From Vermamoeba vermiformis (taxonomy: Eukaryota): a DNA stretch of 64,000 nt. A model generated the notes under the pieces. The model was not told the DNA's origin. It saw only the letters and a list, made by a program, of their open reading frames with translations, and did not search any database. A program made the translations under genes and the position numbers. Below are positions 1-12,800 of this stretch, one piece after another; within the stretch, counting starts at the first letter, position 1; each line of letters begins with the position of its first letter. The DNA lies in NCBI GenBank assembly GCA_045837725.1, contig JBEWZL010000126.1, positions 186,001 through 250,000 on the forward strand. Direction: 5' to 3'.

Positions 1-3000
1 ACCTCCGCTACTGACATTCGTTTGTTCGGTACTGACGTTGATGCGATTGACACTGCCAACCTGACTTTGACAATTTCTCAATTGCCCGTTAATGGCCGCT
101 TGAAGCACAAAAATTCTTACATCACCGCCCCTGGCTTCAAATTGACGACTAGCGGTGACGTTACCGGCACTTGGGCCTTCGTTGATTACGAGCCTAACAA
201 GGACTACAACGGCGTTGACAGCTTCAAGTTCTTCGCTTCTGACAAGGCTGGTGCCTCATCTCCTGAAGCCACTGGTCAAATCATTATCACTTCTATCAAC
301 GACGCTCCTGTTGGCAGCAATGTCACTGTTCGTGGTCCCGAAGACACTCTTTTCACCATCACTACCATCACTGCTAGCGATGTTGACGGTGACGCTTTGA
401 CCATGCAAATCGTTTCAGCCCCTGGTTCAGCCGCTTCTTTCAGCGCTGACGCCAACACTTTTGTTGTGACTTACCGACCTCCCGCCAACGCTCACAGCAA
501 CCCTGTTGGAGCGCCTTACACTACCTTCACTTATCGTTTCACTGACATTCACGGTGCCACTTCTCCAATCTACACAGCGACCATCATCGTCGATCCTGTG
601 AACGATCCTCCCGCTGCTGAAGACTTCGAGGTTACTACTCCTGAAGACACCAGTGTTTTGATTGACTTCTCGAGCCACGTGTCAGATATTGATGGCGACA
701 CTCCTCTCACTATCAGCGTTAGATCTTTGCCCGAATACGGTTCGTCTGTACTCTGGCACTGACGGCGCTTTTACTACCGTCATCACTGCTACCCCTGCCA
801 ATGCACCTCAACAAAAGCTCCAGTTCAGACCCAAGTTGAACGCGAACGGTCAAACATCATTCATCTACACTGTGACTGATCCTTCTGGTGCCTCTGACAG
901 CGCAGTTGTCACGATCACTATCACGCCTGTCAACGATCCTCCTGTCTCGCAAAACGTTGTCCTTCGTACTCTCGAAGACACCACTCTCAACTTCACTTTG
1001 AGCGGTAGTGACATCGAGAACGATCCTGTCAGCCTCGTGATCTTGTCTGTGCCTGCCACTGGTGACTTGACCAGTGCCGCGGATAGCTTCTACATCAGAG
1101 AGACTCCTTACTCAATGAATACTCCAGCTGCCTTCAGCTACATTCCTCCTCAGAACTTCTACACCACCAATGATGCTCCTCTCGTCTTCCACTTCTACGC
1201 CTTTGACGGCACTGACCGCAGTGTCTTGAACTACACTGTGACCATTTACGTCGATTCAGTGAACGATCCTCCCACTAGCGCCGACGAGTTCATTAAGACT
1301 CAAGAAGACACTCCAGTCAGCTTCACTTTGTCTGCTCTTGACGCTGAAGACGATTCCTCGCTCGTCGTTGCCGTTGTCACCGGCATCACTGACGGAGATA
1401 ACCGTGGCATTTTCTACACTTCATCTGACAAGTCCAAGCGAATTGTTACCGGAACTGTCTTGACTAGCCCAAGAACCGTTTACTTCGTGCCTGCTCCCGA
1501 CGCTTACAGCAACCCTAGCACTGTTCCTTTGGCTTCACTCAAGTTCCAAGTACGTGACACTGAAGACCTTGTCAGTGTCGCCGAATACAATGCCCTTGTC
1601 TACGTGACACCTGTCAATGATCCTGCTGTTTACAACGGCGCCAGTGAAGTTACTATCGATGAAGACACGAGCATTGATTTGGCCTTGATGAACCAAGTCA
1701 AGGACGTGGATGACACTGTCAACACCGACATGACCGTGAAGATCACTGCAATTACCGGTCGCGGAACTTTCTCCGAGTGCGCTCAAGATGTCAACAACTG
1801 CAATCGTACCACTCTCACCGTCGGTCACGTGCTCCAGAACCCTGAATGGCGCTTCAGCTTTGTTCCCTTGAAGGACGAGAATGGCAACAAATACGCCTCG
1901 ATCACGTTTGTTATTAACGACGGTCACGACGACTCCATTCCTTACACCATCACTGTCAATGTTCGACCTGTCAACGATCCTCCTGTCGTGAACCCGTTCT
2001 ACAATGTTCTGCCTGGTCGTGTTGATATGGATGAAGACACAGTCTTGGAGCTCTCTTGGAACGTCACTGATATTGACAGCCCTGCCACTTCTCTTCGCAC
2101 CTTTGTCACCTCAAAGTTGCCCACTAACGCGAAGATGTTCGCTTGCAACGTCCAATCTGACGGATCTTGCGCTCGCGGTGCTGAAATTTCACTCCCTGCC
2201 GAACTTACGGCCACTAACTCCGCCACTGCTACTTGGAGAGTTCTTTTCGTTCCCGATGAGAACGCTTTTGACGCCAAGAACTTTGCCACGTTCAACATTG
2301 TTGGTGAAGACGACTACGAGGCCCGTTCAGTCACCCAAAAGGCCATCATTCGTGTCATGCCCATCAACGACGCTCCTACTATCACCGCTCGCGATAGCTA
2401 CCAAGTCACTCGCGAGACTGAAGGCGAGACTCGCTTCATTCTGTCTGACGTTTCAGTGAACGACATTGACGCGTTCAGAAAGAAGATTGTCTTTGGCATC
2501 AGATTGACCGACCAAGACTCTGGCAGATTAGAAGCTGAAGGCAGCAATGCCGACATGGCTTTTACTGGCGCTAAAGCTCCTTGCAAATTGAACGAAGCCA
2601 AGACTGAAGTTATTTGCACCGACCCTCAAGCCGACATCAACGTCTGGATCGGATCCGCTGTTGTGTTCTACCCCGCTAATACTACTGGCACTTTCAACTT
2701 GTTCTTATACGTCGATGATTTGGGCAACACTGACAAACTTCAACGACCTTTGACGGCCAACAAAACGATCACCGTGCTTGTCAACGAAGACACCGGACTT
2801 TTGCCCGACACTCCGACCGACAACACTGGCATTGCCGTTGGTTTGAGCGTTGGTGGTGCTGCAGCTATTGCCGGCATTGCCGTTTTGATCGCCAAGCTTC
2901 GCAAGAAGAATGACGTGGTCGACAACTATTTTGACAACTTGACTGACAGCATTCAAACTGGCGCGAACAATCCCATGTATCAAGCTGCGTTCTCTGAGGC

Positions 3001-3034
3001 CGCTAACCCGCTCTATTTGGCCAAACAGACTTAA
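1..3034 (+). CDS. Large surface adhesin, 5'-partial: tandem Ig/cadherin-like (VNDxP, Big_9-type) repeats, single TM, short tail with two NPxY motifs (Sib/integrin-beta-like)
   Basis: Repeated '(P)VND(P/A)P...EDT...D.D.D' units across ORFs 22-762 and 662-3034. TM 'GIAVGLSVGGAAAIAGIAVLIA'; tail 'NPMY...NPLY'. The two ORFs join if one T at about 742 is removed (PEYG/RLYSG). Confidence 0.85.
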
Positions 3035-3664
3035 AATTGTATTTCTATCAACTAATTCATAATAAACCATTGTCAACAATGCGTTAGTGCCTCGTAATTT
3101 TAACTCCGACTTTGATAAATTAAGTGTGCATTTAGTCTTTAACCGTTCACGTTTAATCAACAACTTAGCGATACAATAGTGGTCCAAGATCTTACATTGT
3201 AGTGACTTGAAATACCTCCACATCAACGAGTGATATCTCAGATAAAAGAGAGCCTGGGTAACTTTTATTTAAACCGACGCCTACCCAAATTAGAATTATG
3301 CAATTTTGACAAACTATAATAATTTCGATACTCCATTTTTCCCAGTGTATGAATAGCGGGAGGGCAGTTTTCTACGTTTTCATTTAACTCACTTGTTAAC
3401 ACAATCACACGCAATTAAAAATATTCAATCGATTCAATTTGAATTTAGAGTCCAAACAATGACATTTGGGCTCCTTAATTGCAATCCAACTAAAAAATGC
3501 TCAGCCGCAATCTGATAAGGCAATGAACATAGCGGTCAAGATATGTATGATTACTAAACATGTTGTTGAGATGATGTCCCATTTCATGCAAAGGTTTTAA
3601 AATGAAAAGAAACCCTTTCTCGTTTTCAATAGGCGATTCATTTTGGTATATAATCGACCACAGT

Positions 3665-4353
3665 ATGCAACAGATAAACGTCCTAAACAATTTCGAACTG
3701 ACTATTCCAGTCCAAGGGGGCGATCCCGACTGCGATTTTACCCCACTATCAAGGCCTACGATCGGACTGATTATAGGCAGACCATGCTCATTAGAGAGCA
3801 GGACATTTCAAGTAACGCTAATTGATTGCAATGGACTGGAAGAACATCAGATCTACCAATCTATGTCTTGGGCGAAGCGAGTGCCGTTCAAATTACAAAC
3901 GAGTGACAGTAAATATGTAGAAGCATTAGTACTGAAGATGAGAGTGAACACCGGTGTATTCGACTTTCGAAGGATGAAGCAACGACTTATTAGATTCGAA
4001 GTAAAATGTTTTAACGGAGATCAGCTCGTTGGACAGGGTACTTCAGCAATGGCGTTATTACATCCTAAGAAAAGACTCGCTACTAACTCCGAAACCAAAT
4101 CCGAATCAACAAACGAAGGTAATTCTTTAGCGAACAAATTTCTCGATCGAATCCTTACTGGCCTCAAGTAACGATTTAAATTTTGACGTCAATTCAAAAT
4201 ATTAATCTTATCATATACTTAGAATCGAAAGTTCCGAATTTACCGATTGTGTGGACGGCAAACAATTTTACGGTTACTGGCTCTGATAACGAAGTGCTCG
4301 ACAGCAATGAGAACCCATCGCCATCATCCGTTGAAGGATATTTCAAGTTTTAA
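3665..4353 (+). CDS. Stand-alone paralog of the N-terminal (putative DNA-binding) domain of the MYRF-like LRR genes; 2 exons
   Basis: 'WAKRVPF...KMRVNTGVFDFRRMKQRLIRFEVKCFN...GQGTS...LHPKKR' aligns with 25757-26293 and 31442-31901. Intron about 4119-4222. Exon 2 has 'PIVWTANN', matching PISWSSNN and PIVWLNN, then TAA at 4351-4353. Confidence 0.75.
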
Positions 4354-4658
4354 CCAAACATCTGAATATTATTATCATAATTCAATTGCTTCAGAACAGT
4401 TCCGGGGTTGCAACCCCAATTTATCTTGACGTTTCGGCCGGAAAACGGGGCAAAATAAATAAAATCGGCAATTATAATTTGCCTTAAAATCAACTACGGA
4501 TATTTATGATATACTTGATTTATATGAGGCGTAGGCGGCTTATCCAAAAGAATTGCGATTACGACCAGATCCCAATCCAAAATGAAATGACAACCGTGAT
4601 TCCTAGTAATTAAAATATTAACAAGGTTCCTATCCTATTGAATAGTTATTTACATTTT

Positions 4659-6817
4659 TTACAACTTTGAAAATAATTGCCAGCTTGAGATGAAACTTTT
4701 TGGCTTCGTTTGTACTGCATCCGTTGGCGCTTCGTTAGAATTCATCTTTTCTTCTGCACTATTGGCCTTATTATTATTGCCCTTATTAATATCCTCTTTA
4801 ACAGTATTCGCTGCTTCCATTTTTTGAATTTCTTGCAAGTTGAATCCGGTCAAATTTTTGAAGTGTTTTCCTCTTCGATCTCTATCGATATTATATAATA
4901 GTGGTGTTTGCATTAAATGAGTGATATATAATACAGATGGTTCCGTAATTAAGAACGGCTCTCCATCGATTTGTATGGGCATCATTGTGTCGATAATAAT
5001 TTTGAATTTTTTGCCTTGGCCGAGCCGGATCCCGTTTGACATGTACGCTTTCAACGCACCCTAATAACGTTATATTAATATATAGGACCTCTTTAGAGTA
5101 ATTTCATGGCGTACCAAATGAAAAACATTGCGGAGACTAGAGGCCTCTAATAATCCATCGCACGCATTCTGCGGCATGATTTCTTCGCCCTCGCTGTTCT
5201 TTTCTTTTCCCTAAAATGGAAATTAATCGAAAAATAACAACGTAATAAAGTAATATATTACTAGCGACACGTACCCAAATGTTTTGACCAGCAATGTATG
5301 ATGGAATATTTGTTAGTACCAACGTCTAAAAATTGAAAGTTAGTCTCGATACTATATTTACTATTATAGTGATATAATTCTAGGGCGAATATGAATCTTA
5401 CTTGAACGTGCGGCAATTCAACTTTTTGACCGTCAATCTGTCATTCAAAATGTCAACTACTGATTCGATAATCTTCGCCAAATAACACTTGCAGTCATAT
5501 AATTGACGTGTTTAAAAGATACTATGTACCTCTAGGTGCACGTGTTGCCATAGATTTGTAACTGAATGAGGTCGAACGACTGCTGTTTTGGCACCCAATG
5601 CGCCATACCTGCACGAGAGCAGTATTATCAGTATACTATATAAAGGTGATATTATCTACTTACACGCCGTAGTTGAATATTTTGTTAAACATTTTCTGCG
5701 GCATTCTTTCTCTGAACTGATGAAACTCGTACGCAATCTGCGAGTCAACACCTGTTAATTGGATCCGTTAGGACGAACCAATAGTCATTCAAACGTACTG
5801 GGATACGACTAGGTATCATATGGATTATATATACGAAAGTATTAGTAATTGTGACGTATTTTTACAGCAATATATTGTTAAAATATTGTCTGTGAAAAAA
5901 TTTTTGGGGCTGGATCTCGTGTCATTATCTTACCAATGCTGAAATAATTGTTCATTCTAAGGTCTTTAATTTGACTGTATTTGCCATCTGTTGCGTGAAT
6001 AGGCACTACACTGATCTTTCCATCGATCTACATTCACGACACGTGCTCGCGCAACTTGACCGAAGAACTTTGGAATATTGAAGCCCGTGATGATCGATCC
6101 TAAAATAATAGGCAATTAATCCATAAATATTTTAATCACTATAATACGTATGAGCATGCTGTATTCGATAAAAAGATGTTCGAATAAAGATCTAGATCGA
6201 ATGATAATTTTTGGATCTGATTTTATTAGCGATCCAATAAGAGGTTAAATTTATAAATTAAATTGTTATTAAATATAATTATGATAATTACCCCAACGTA
6301 ATACGCGGCTCATATCATTTGCGGTGCCAAATGGAAGGATTGCCACCTAATAAAAGCTCTTTAGTCCATGCAAATTTGAAATTAAATATTAAATTAAATT
6401 ATTATCTTACTGGTGGCATAACTTTGAGACGCAGCGATTCGAGTAGAGTGAGCACCCAATTCTAAATTGAAATATTTTATTAATTTAAAAAATTCTGACA
6501 ATTATTGGTTGTATTTCAATACTTACTACTGTTCCATCGCCTCCACATACGACTAATCGTGGATTTTTTATTTTTTTGAGAGCAGATCTAAGTCTGAATT
6601 TTGAAAGATTTCATTAATTTCGAATAACGATAACGGTTCTGTTTTAATACTGTTAAATATTGTATAAATCATACTTTTGAACTGTATCTTCTTGTCCCAG
6701 CTCCACAATTCGAGACGGATGTATCAGTTCACAAATCTGCGTCAGTAAGTCCTTGCTCTTTCTTCCTCCGCATTTAGTATTCAACAATACAATAACACTA
6801 TCTGTGGTACTACTCAT
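4659..6817 (-). CDS. Diacylglycerol kinase (catalytic + accessory domains), multi-exon
   Basis: Spliced reading gives 'VIVLLNTKCGG', 'PRLVVCGGDGT' and C-terminal 'IRLGQGKK...MPIQIDGEPF', the DAGKc/DAGKa signatures. Confidence 0.88.
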
Positions 6818-6934
6818 TTACAGTAACGATGGTTGGGATAGATCCAAATTGGCGACAAAAATGCCATTTTATCAAAATTAATTTCGGTTTCAGAACAGGA
6901 TCCGATTAATTTACAATTAAAGGGTGCTTGCTAA

Positions 6935-9600
6935 CTAAGATGACTTTGGCAACAGTTCGTGACCACACTTTTTAAGGAACAATTTGATTTGTTGCGGGAC
7001 AAGCAACGAGGCGTGATCCAAAACCTTGATTAATTTGTCCAAGTCATCTTTGGTACCATTTATCATGCCGTTAATTGCAGCAATAATATATGGCATTATT
7101 TGATTGGCCAGACCAAGAGCTATCATTGGCCATTGCGACGGATGCGCTTTGGAGATCGAGACATGTTCAAAGGGCACAAATGAACCTGAATAATATAGCT
7201 CTTTGAATAAGCTTGATGACGAGTGTTTCCCTCGTAAAAACGGATAATGAGGATAGTCCGGATCGTTAATGTCAGCCAACCAAAACGCCTTGAGTAGTGG
7301 CATGAGAATCAAATTGAGTGTCACTCGATAGAGCTTCATGAGCGCTATTTGAGGCAATTTTTTTGATTTTTTTCGGTGCTTTGGTGCTTTGTATTTGATC
7401 GTTTCATCTTCAGGAATACCCCAATCATGGCTCGTAAAATTGTGATAGTTGACGTTATCATTGAGTACGTACTCTGAGTTCAATGTCGATCGTTTTGGTA
7501 TATACTGTCGCACGCGCTCTAATTCCAAATCTGGAATTTCGCTGAATTCTTTAAATTTTTTGGACAAGTCTTCAACAACGGTCATATTGACATTTTGACA
7601 CCTGCAAAAATCCTTCGCTGCTGTATCCATTAAGGTACCGAGAGCCGAGACCAATCTGTCACGTGATTTAAGTGCTGGTTCTAACACCAATTGATCGATT
7701 TTTTTGTAAAATGGTGCTGCTAAATAATGGTGGTTGTTGGTCGCTTGCGTGCTCAAGAAGATCTGGCATAAATGTTTGCACTTTTCAGCAAAATCTGTTT
7801 CGCTATTGGTTGCGAACCATTCAAATATATACAGCATGTAATCGAATCTAGCTGAAAATGCCTCGGAATAGTCCTGCGTGAAGAATAAAATTCCGTTGTA
7901 CTGTCCATCGTTCAATTTTTCAAAGCCAAGATGGTAGAGCGCCGAACCTTTTGCGTAAAGTAAAAACCACGTGAAATTGTATGGCAAGCCTTTCATTTTG
8001 AGAATGTTGCTGTCTGGGGGCAGGGCTGTGTATGCGCCATCGCTTTCTTGAGTGCCAATTAGCTGTGGGAATTGGCGGTACACAGGTTCCATAAATGGAA
8101 TGCAGTAACTTGTTGGATAGCTTCCTAGCACTCACATTGCGTGCGCGAAAAGAGTTGATAAAAATTTCTTCCCACACGGGCGTTGCAAAGGCTTCAACAT
8201 GCGACCTGTGCATTGGCAAGTTTGAGGCCATACGTCAAATCTGTCAGTAAAAATACGTCGCCAGGAATGCACGAGAAGTATGTCGTATAATAATTGCGCC
8301 AAAAGTTGTTGTTTTTCGTGAACGTGTGGTACTTTTTGTCTGCTCTTCTGAATGCGCATAATGACTTGATGTCAAGTTGCCACAGAATTATTTGTAGAAT
8401 CTCCGATGACAGCTGCTTAATTGAAGGCTCGTGCGTTGTATCAGGCAATAATACTGGCTGCCAAGGCACCGGTTCTTTGGGGTATTCAAATTTTCGTCGT
8501 TCCTCCAGTGCTGCCTGAAAAGCCTTGAGATTTCGAGCAACAAAATCACTTTTGTCAATAAACCCGTTAGAAGGGTTAACAGATACCAAGCTCTTGTTGT
8601 CCTGCATAATTGAGATTAATTCAGCGGCCAGATCGGGAGTAAGATTCTCCTCATCCAACATTAGATCCTCGATTGTTGTGCTTTTTGCCACAAATCTTGC
8701 AATAGCCATCAAACTTGGGACTGAGATGTCATTATCTACATAAAGGAGGGCATTAAAGAACGGTAAATAAATTATTAATTTTTAATTTTGGATCACGTGG
8801 CCGAATTTTCATTTTTGGCTTCCTGAATAATCGCGGATCAGGCTATCAAACTTTACCTTGCAAGTCAAGAGACTTTAATTCAGTGTTATACTGCAAGACG
8901 TCCATTAACTCGATGATTTGCTCCTCAGTCAAGCCATTATTAAAAAACTCGAGCTCTTTGAGTTGTGTATTTGATCTTAAAAACTCGATAAATGCAGTCC
9001 ACTCGATTGGGACAAACATTATATGTGTCGCTAATATAAATTATGGTTAGCGATCATAAACCCGAGTACTTGTTGACTTACTGCATGAAAATTTCGTAAG
9101 TTTAGGTTGGTGATCTGCCAACGCTCGTAGAACTGCAGCAAAACCAAGCGAAACGTCATTGCTAAGACCTAAATAATTGGTAAGTAACGATAAAGTCACT
9201 AAAACGGTATTTTACCTCGTAAAATCAAGATCTCAAGAGATGTGTTCGCCTCAATGGCGCTGGCAAGTTGATACAAGTCATTGTCTTGCAGCCGCCGGGG
9301 AGGGGTTCGCCTGGCGCGGATGTTTGAATCGCTCTCGATTGTCAACAACTAATAAAATTAATCAAAATATTAGAATTTATTTAATATACATTTAAATATC
9401 TTTATCCTGCTACTTAACAACGAATTATAATTATCAACTGAAGTAACCATAAAAATTAATTAAATTGAAACTTACGCCATATTTTCCACGATGCTTGCGT
9501 TGCTATACAATAATCTACATATTTTCCTGGTGTTGCATCGTAATCTAACTCCATGTCATAATTTTTTGGGCTGCTGTGCTATTCATGTTAAGTTCGTGAA
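6935..9600 (-). CDS. RNI-like LRR + F-box-like protein with uncharacterised C-terminal domain (start approximate)
   Basis: Exons 'LQDNDLYQLASAIEANTSLEILIL' and 'TIEDLMLDEENLT' (RNI-type LRR); 'LSSEILQIILWQLDIKSLCAFRRADKKY...FWRNYY' (F-box-like); long terminal exon 6935-8060. Confidence 0.65.
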
Positions 9601-9877
9601 ACTAACAAGAACCGATTTTGTTACAAGTGCAAGAAAGATACATCGATACCGTACGTCAAGCAGCATAAACTTGATTATTTATAAAAGGTGGGCCAATAGT
9701 TTGCCATTGGCTCAACGACCGGACTATTCCAAGATCTGATCGTCGATGGATTTGCTTTCAACTTTTATGTAATCGTAACTCGCTATTTGTAACTACAAAT
9801 AAATAAACTTTTGTACAATGTATTATAACAAAACATGACCTTTCCCAGTCACTTTCTTATCGTTCTTTTGGATCCAA

Positions 9878-12800
9878 TTATTTTGCCGGTCGTTTTGGCC
9901 TTGCAGGAATTGGCGGGGTACTTACAGGCGCCTTATTATTATTACCGTTACTATTCAATGACTCAGCACTATTAGTCTTCGCAAACTTAGGTTTAGAGGC
10001 TCTAGAAGGGGGCACTGGTGCGTCACTACTCGAAGTTTCTTCGCTGGATCTGTTCTCGTCAAATTTGTTCAGATCTATTTTCGGGACGTTGAACGGCACA
10101 AAACTATTTGCAGGCAATGTCGTATTGCCAAATTTGCGTGCAGGAAGCTGAGGCAATGCATTTCGTTTGACTGGGGATCTAGGTGGCGGTGTTGGTGGTT
10201 CAGTGAATTTGTATAAATTTCCGTTGGAATTTCCACTCTCTAAATTACTGTTACTATTTGAAGTCGTAATACTATCAGTACTTGTGTCAATGCTGCCTGT
10301 CAATGAATCATCTAACATCGTTGGTCTTGGTGCCGCGTTGGTATTGGCACGTGGTCTCGATCTAAAAATAGAAGTAAATTAGCATCACCTGTGAGACCAA
10401 ATTTCCAAATATGGTAAAATGTTGGTTCAATGAAACCTACCTTAATGTCAAATAAGAAGGAACTTCTCGGCTTTGATAATCTGTTTCTAAAATCTTTCCT
10501 GCTGCTCTTGGTGAAAGTGGTGCGTTGCTAACACTCATTTGTTGATTCGAATTGCTTTTGCTGCAAAAATAATAGCGTTAGTCACCTCCTTGCACGAGAT
10601 GCGGATCCGATCTTGATCCGTTTAGATTTTGCCTTACGTTTCTGGTAAATTAAACGAATCCTTGCTAACGTTGTTCGAGCTTGTGTTTGAAAAGCTGGCA
10701 CTGCTCAGCAAATTTTCACTGCTCTTATTATACTTGTCCTTGTCTTTGTCCGTCGAGGAGGTCAGATCCGAATCATCCTGCGACTTCTTTTTCTTCTTGC
10801 CAAAGCTAACATCGATCAATAATATTAGTACCCGACACCCTTTATAATAGGCTATCGTATCATTACCTTTTGAATAAATCCATAGCCGCTGGTCGAACTG
10901 TTTTGAAGCGACTCGCAACAGTAAATGCCCTCGATTTGTTCGCTTTTTTCTCGGCAACGGGCTACAAATATACAGTTAATATATTGCCAAATTAGGAAGT
11001 ACCGCTTTAGTCGGTCGACTGTGAAGCAAAGAATGATCGGATCCGAAAAAGTCAAGTACGAGTGTGTCTGTTGCGTTGTAATTTGAATACTTACCGATCC
11101 CAAACTTCGGCTTTCGTTGTTGTTGTTATTGAGTTCTCTTTCAAGCACATTGACGACAAAGTCTTGGAACACTTTAGTGGTCAATTTGTGAATTTCAGCG
11201 CTGTCTTCTGCCGCGGATAATTGCTTTGCCATCGAGAACGGAGTCGTTCCTATTATAAATTAATACGTCATTATCGAGTTACAACAATGTACAGAATAAT
11301 AATGTATTCAGATCTCAAAAAGTTGGATTCAGGTCCGTTGATCGAAAAATATTTATCGTCTTAGGTGAAACTTTATCGCCTATTGATGTATTGCTATGCT
11401 TGTATTACGTACCAGTATTATCAGTAATGGCAAATTCATCAATTGGCTTGAAGCTCAACAACGCATCCAGGCACTCGTGTCGACCGAACAAAGCGGCGTA
11501 ATGGAACACTGTTTGACCCTTCTCGTCCTTCAAATTGAGTGGCAGACCATAGAGCATCAATAAGCTAATGAGTACTGGATTGTCGAGTTCAACCAAGTAA
11601 TGGCCGTAGCCTCTGAGGTTGTCGGATTTGTTTTGCCATTTCAGATCTACACCTTGAGCCAACATTTGCAAAATTGACTTGTAATCGGAGTCGTTAAGGG
11701 CCACAATAAAATCCTAATTCAATAGGCAATTAATAAATTATTAAATTGAATGAAAAAAGATTTTGAATCCGGATCGTTTCCTTTTATGGAAATGCCAATA
11801 GCGTACCTTTTGAATATCGTGTGCTGCATGATCGAACGGCAAAACGAACTTTCGATCTTTGTACTTGTTTCTAATGTATTCTTTACGAACAGCAAGTTCA
11901 GCTTCAGGAGCAATTTTCTTGGTCTCGCCAAGATTTGCTTCGTAAACCGAATTGACCAGCGAATTATTCACGGCATATAAGAACTATAGTATGAGATATT
12001 AATATACTAGACGAAAATATGAATGAACTGATCCACAAAAAGTTTTGGTCGGATTTGCCAATCGAACGCTTACCTTGAGAATATCGCCCTTAATATTGTC
12101 CATAGTCAATGACCGCACTTTAGAAATATGCGCGCCCAACGATCGATGAATACCACTGCATTCAATGCAAATGATCGCACCAGTGTTGAGACTCAACCAC
12201 TCCGGCTCTCTAACATTGCAATCTGCGCACACCCAGTTTGACTCGTGTTGCTTTCTAAGAATTAAAATAACATTAGTAAATATATTCGGATTATTAACTC
12301 CTTGGGAGCAAGTAACAAAAATAATTGTTTGAATTTATAAATTTTCTCGAAGACGCAAAAAAATGGGTATTCGTGCGTACCTTAAATCAGTGAGCAATTG
12401 TGTTTCGGCTGGTGTATAATAAGACATATCAGGCTCAAATGTAGCTCCACGAGCGCTAACTGGCGGTGACCCTTTCTTTGGAATTGATTCGGTCGATGCT
12501 GTCTTGACCATCGGTTTGTTCTTTAATCGCGAACGCGGTGACGTTTCTGAAGAAATGAATAAAATTAATAAAATGAGCTCGAGAGATCAAACTCGAAATA
12601 TCATCACCAGATCTGATGATTTTGCTCATTAGTAATAGATACTTACGTTCGCCTCTGTTATTGTTAGGATCAGGTCCCTTGCTCACAGCATGAGCAATAG
12701 CGTTCTGAATCAAGTCTTTCCAGTCTCGGTAATCGACTTCGTTCAACGCGCGGAAGGTCATCTTTTTATCAGGGTGGATCTGTAACACGTGCACGTTAGC

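Noticed and set aside
155-3226. Numerous overlapping alternative-frame and antisense ORFs over the adhesin gene
   Set aside because: These are shadow ORFs expected from biased codon usage and carry no recognisable motifs.
8130-8275. Apparent double frameshift or a 16-nt micro-intron (GTATTTTTACTGACAG) in the LRR/F-box gene
   Set aside because: Removing the 16-mer gives an immediate TGA. Ordinary introns (about 8272-8206, and one starting GTGAGT at about 8135) can explain the frame changes.
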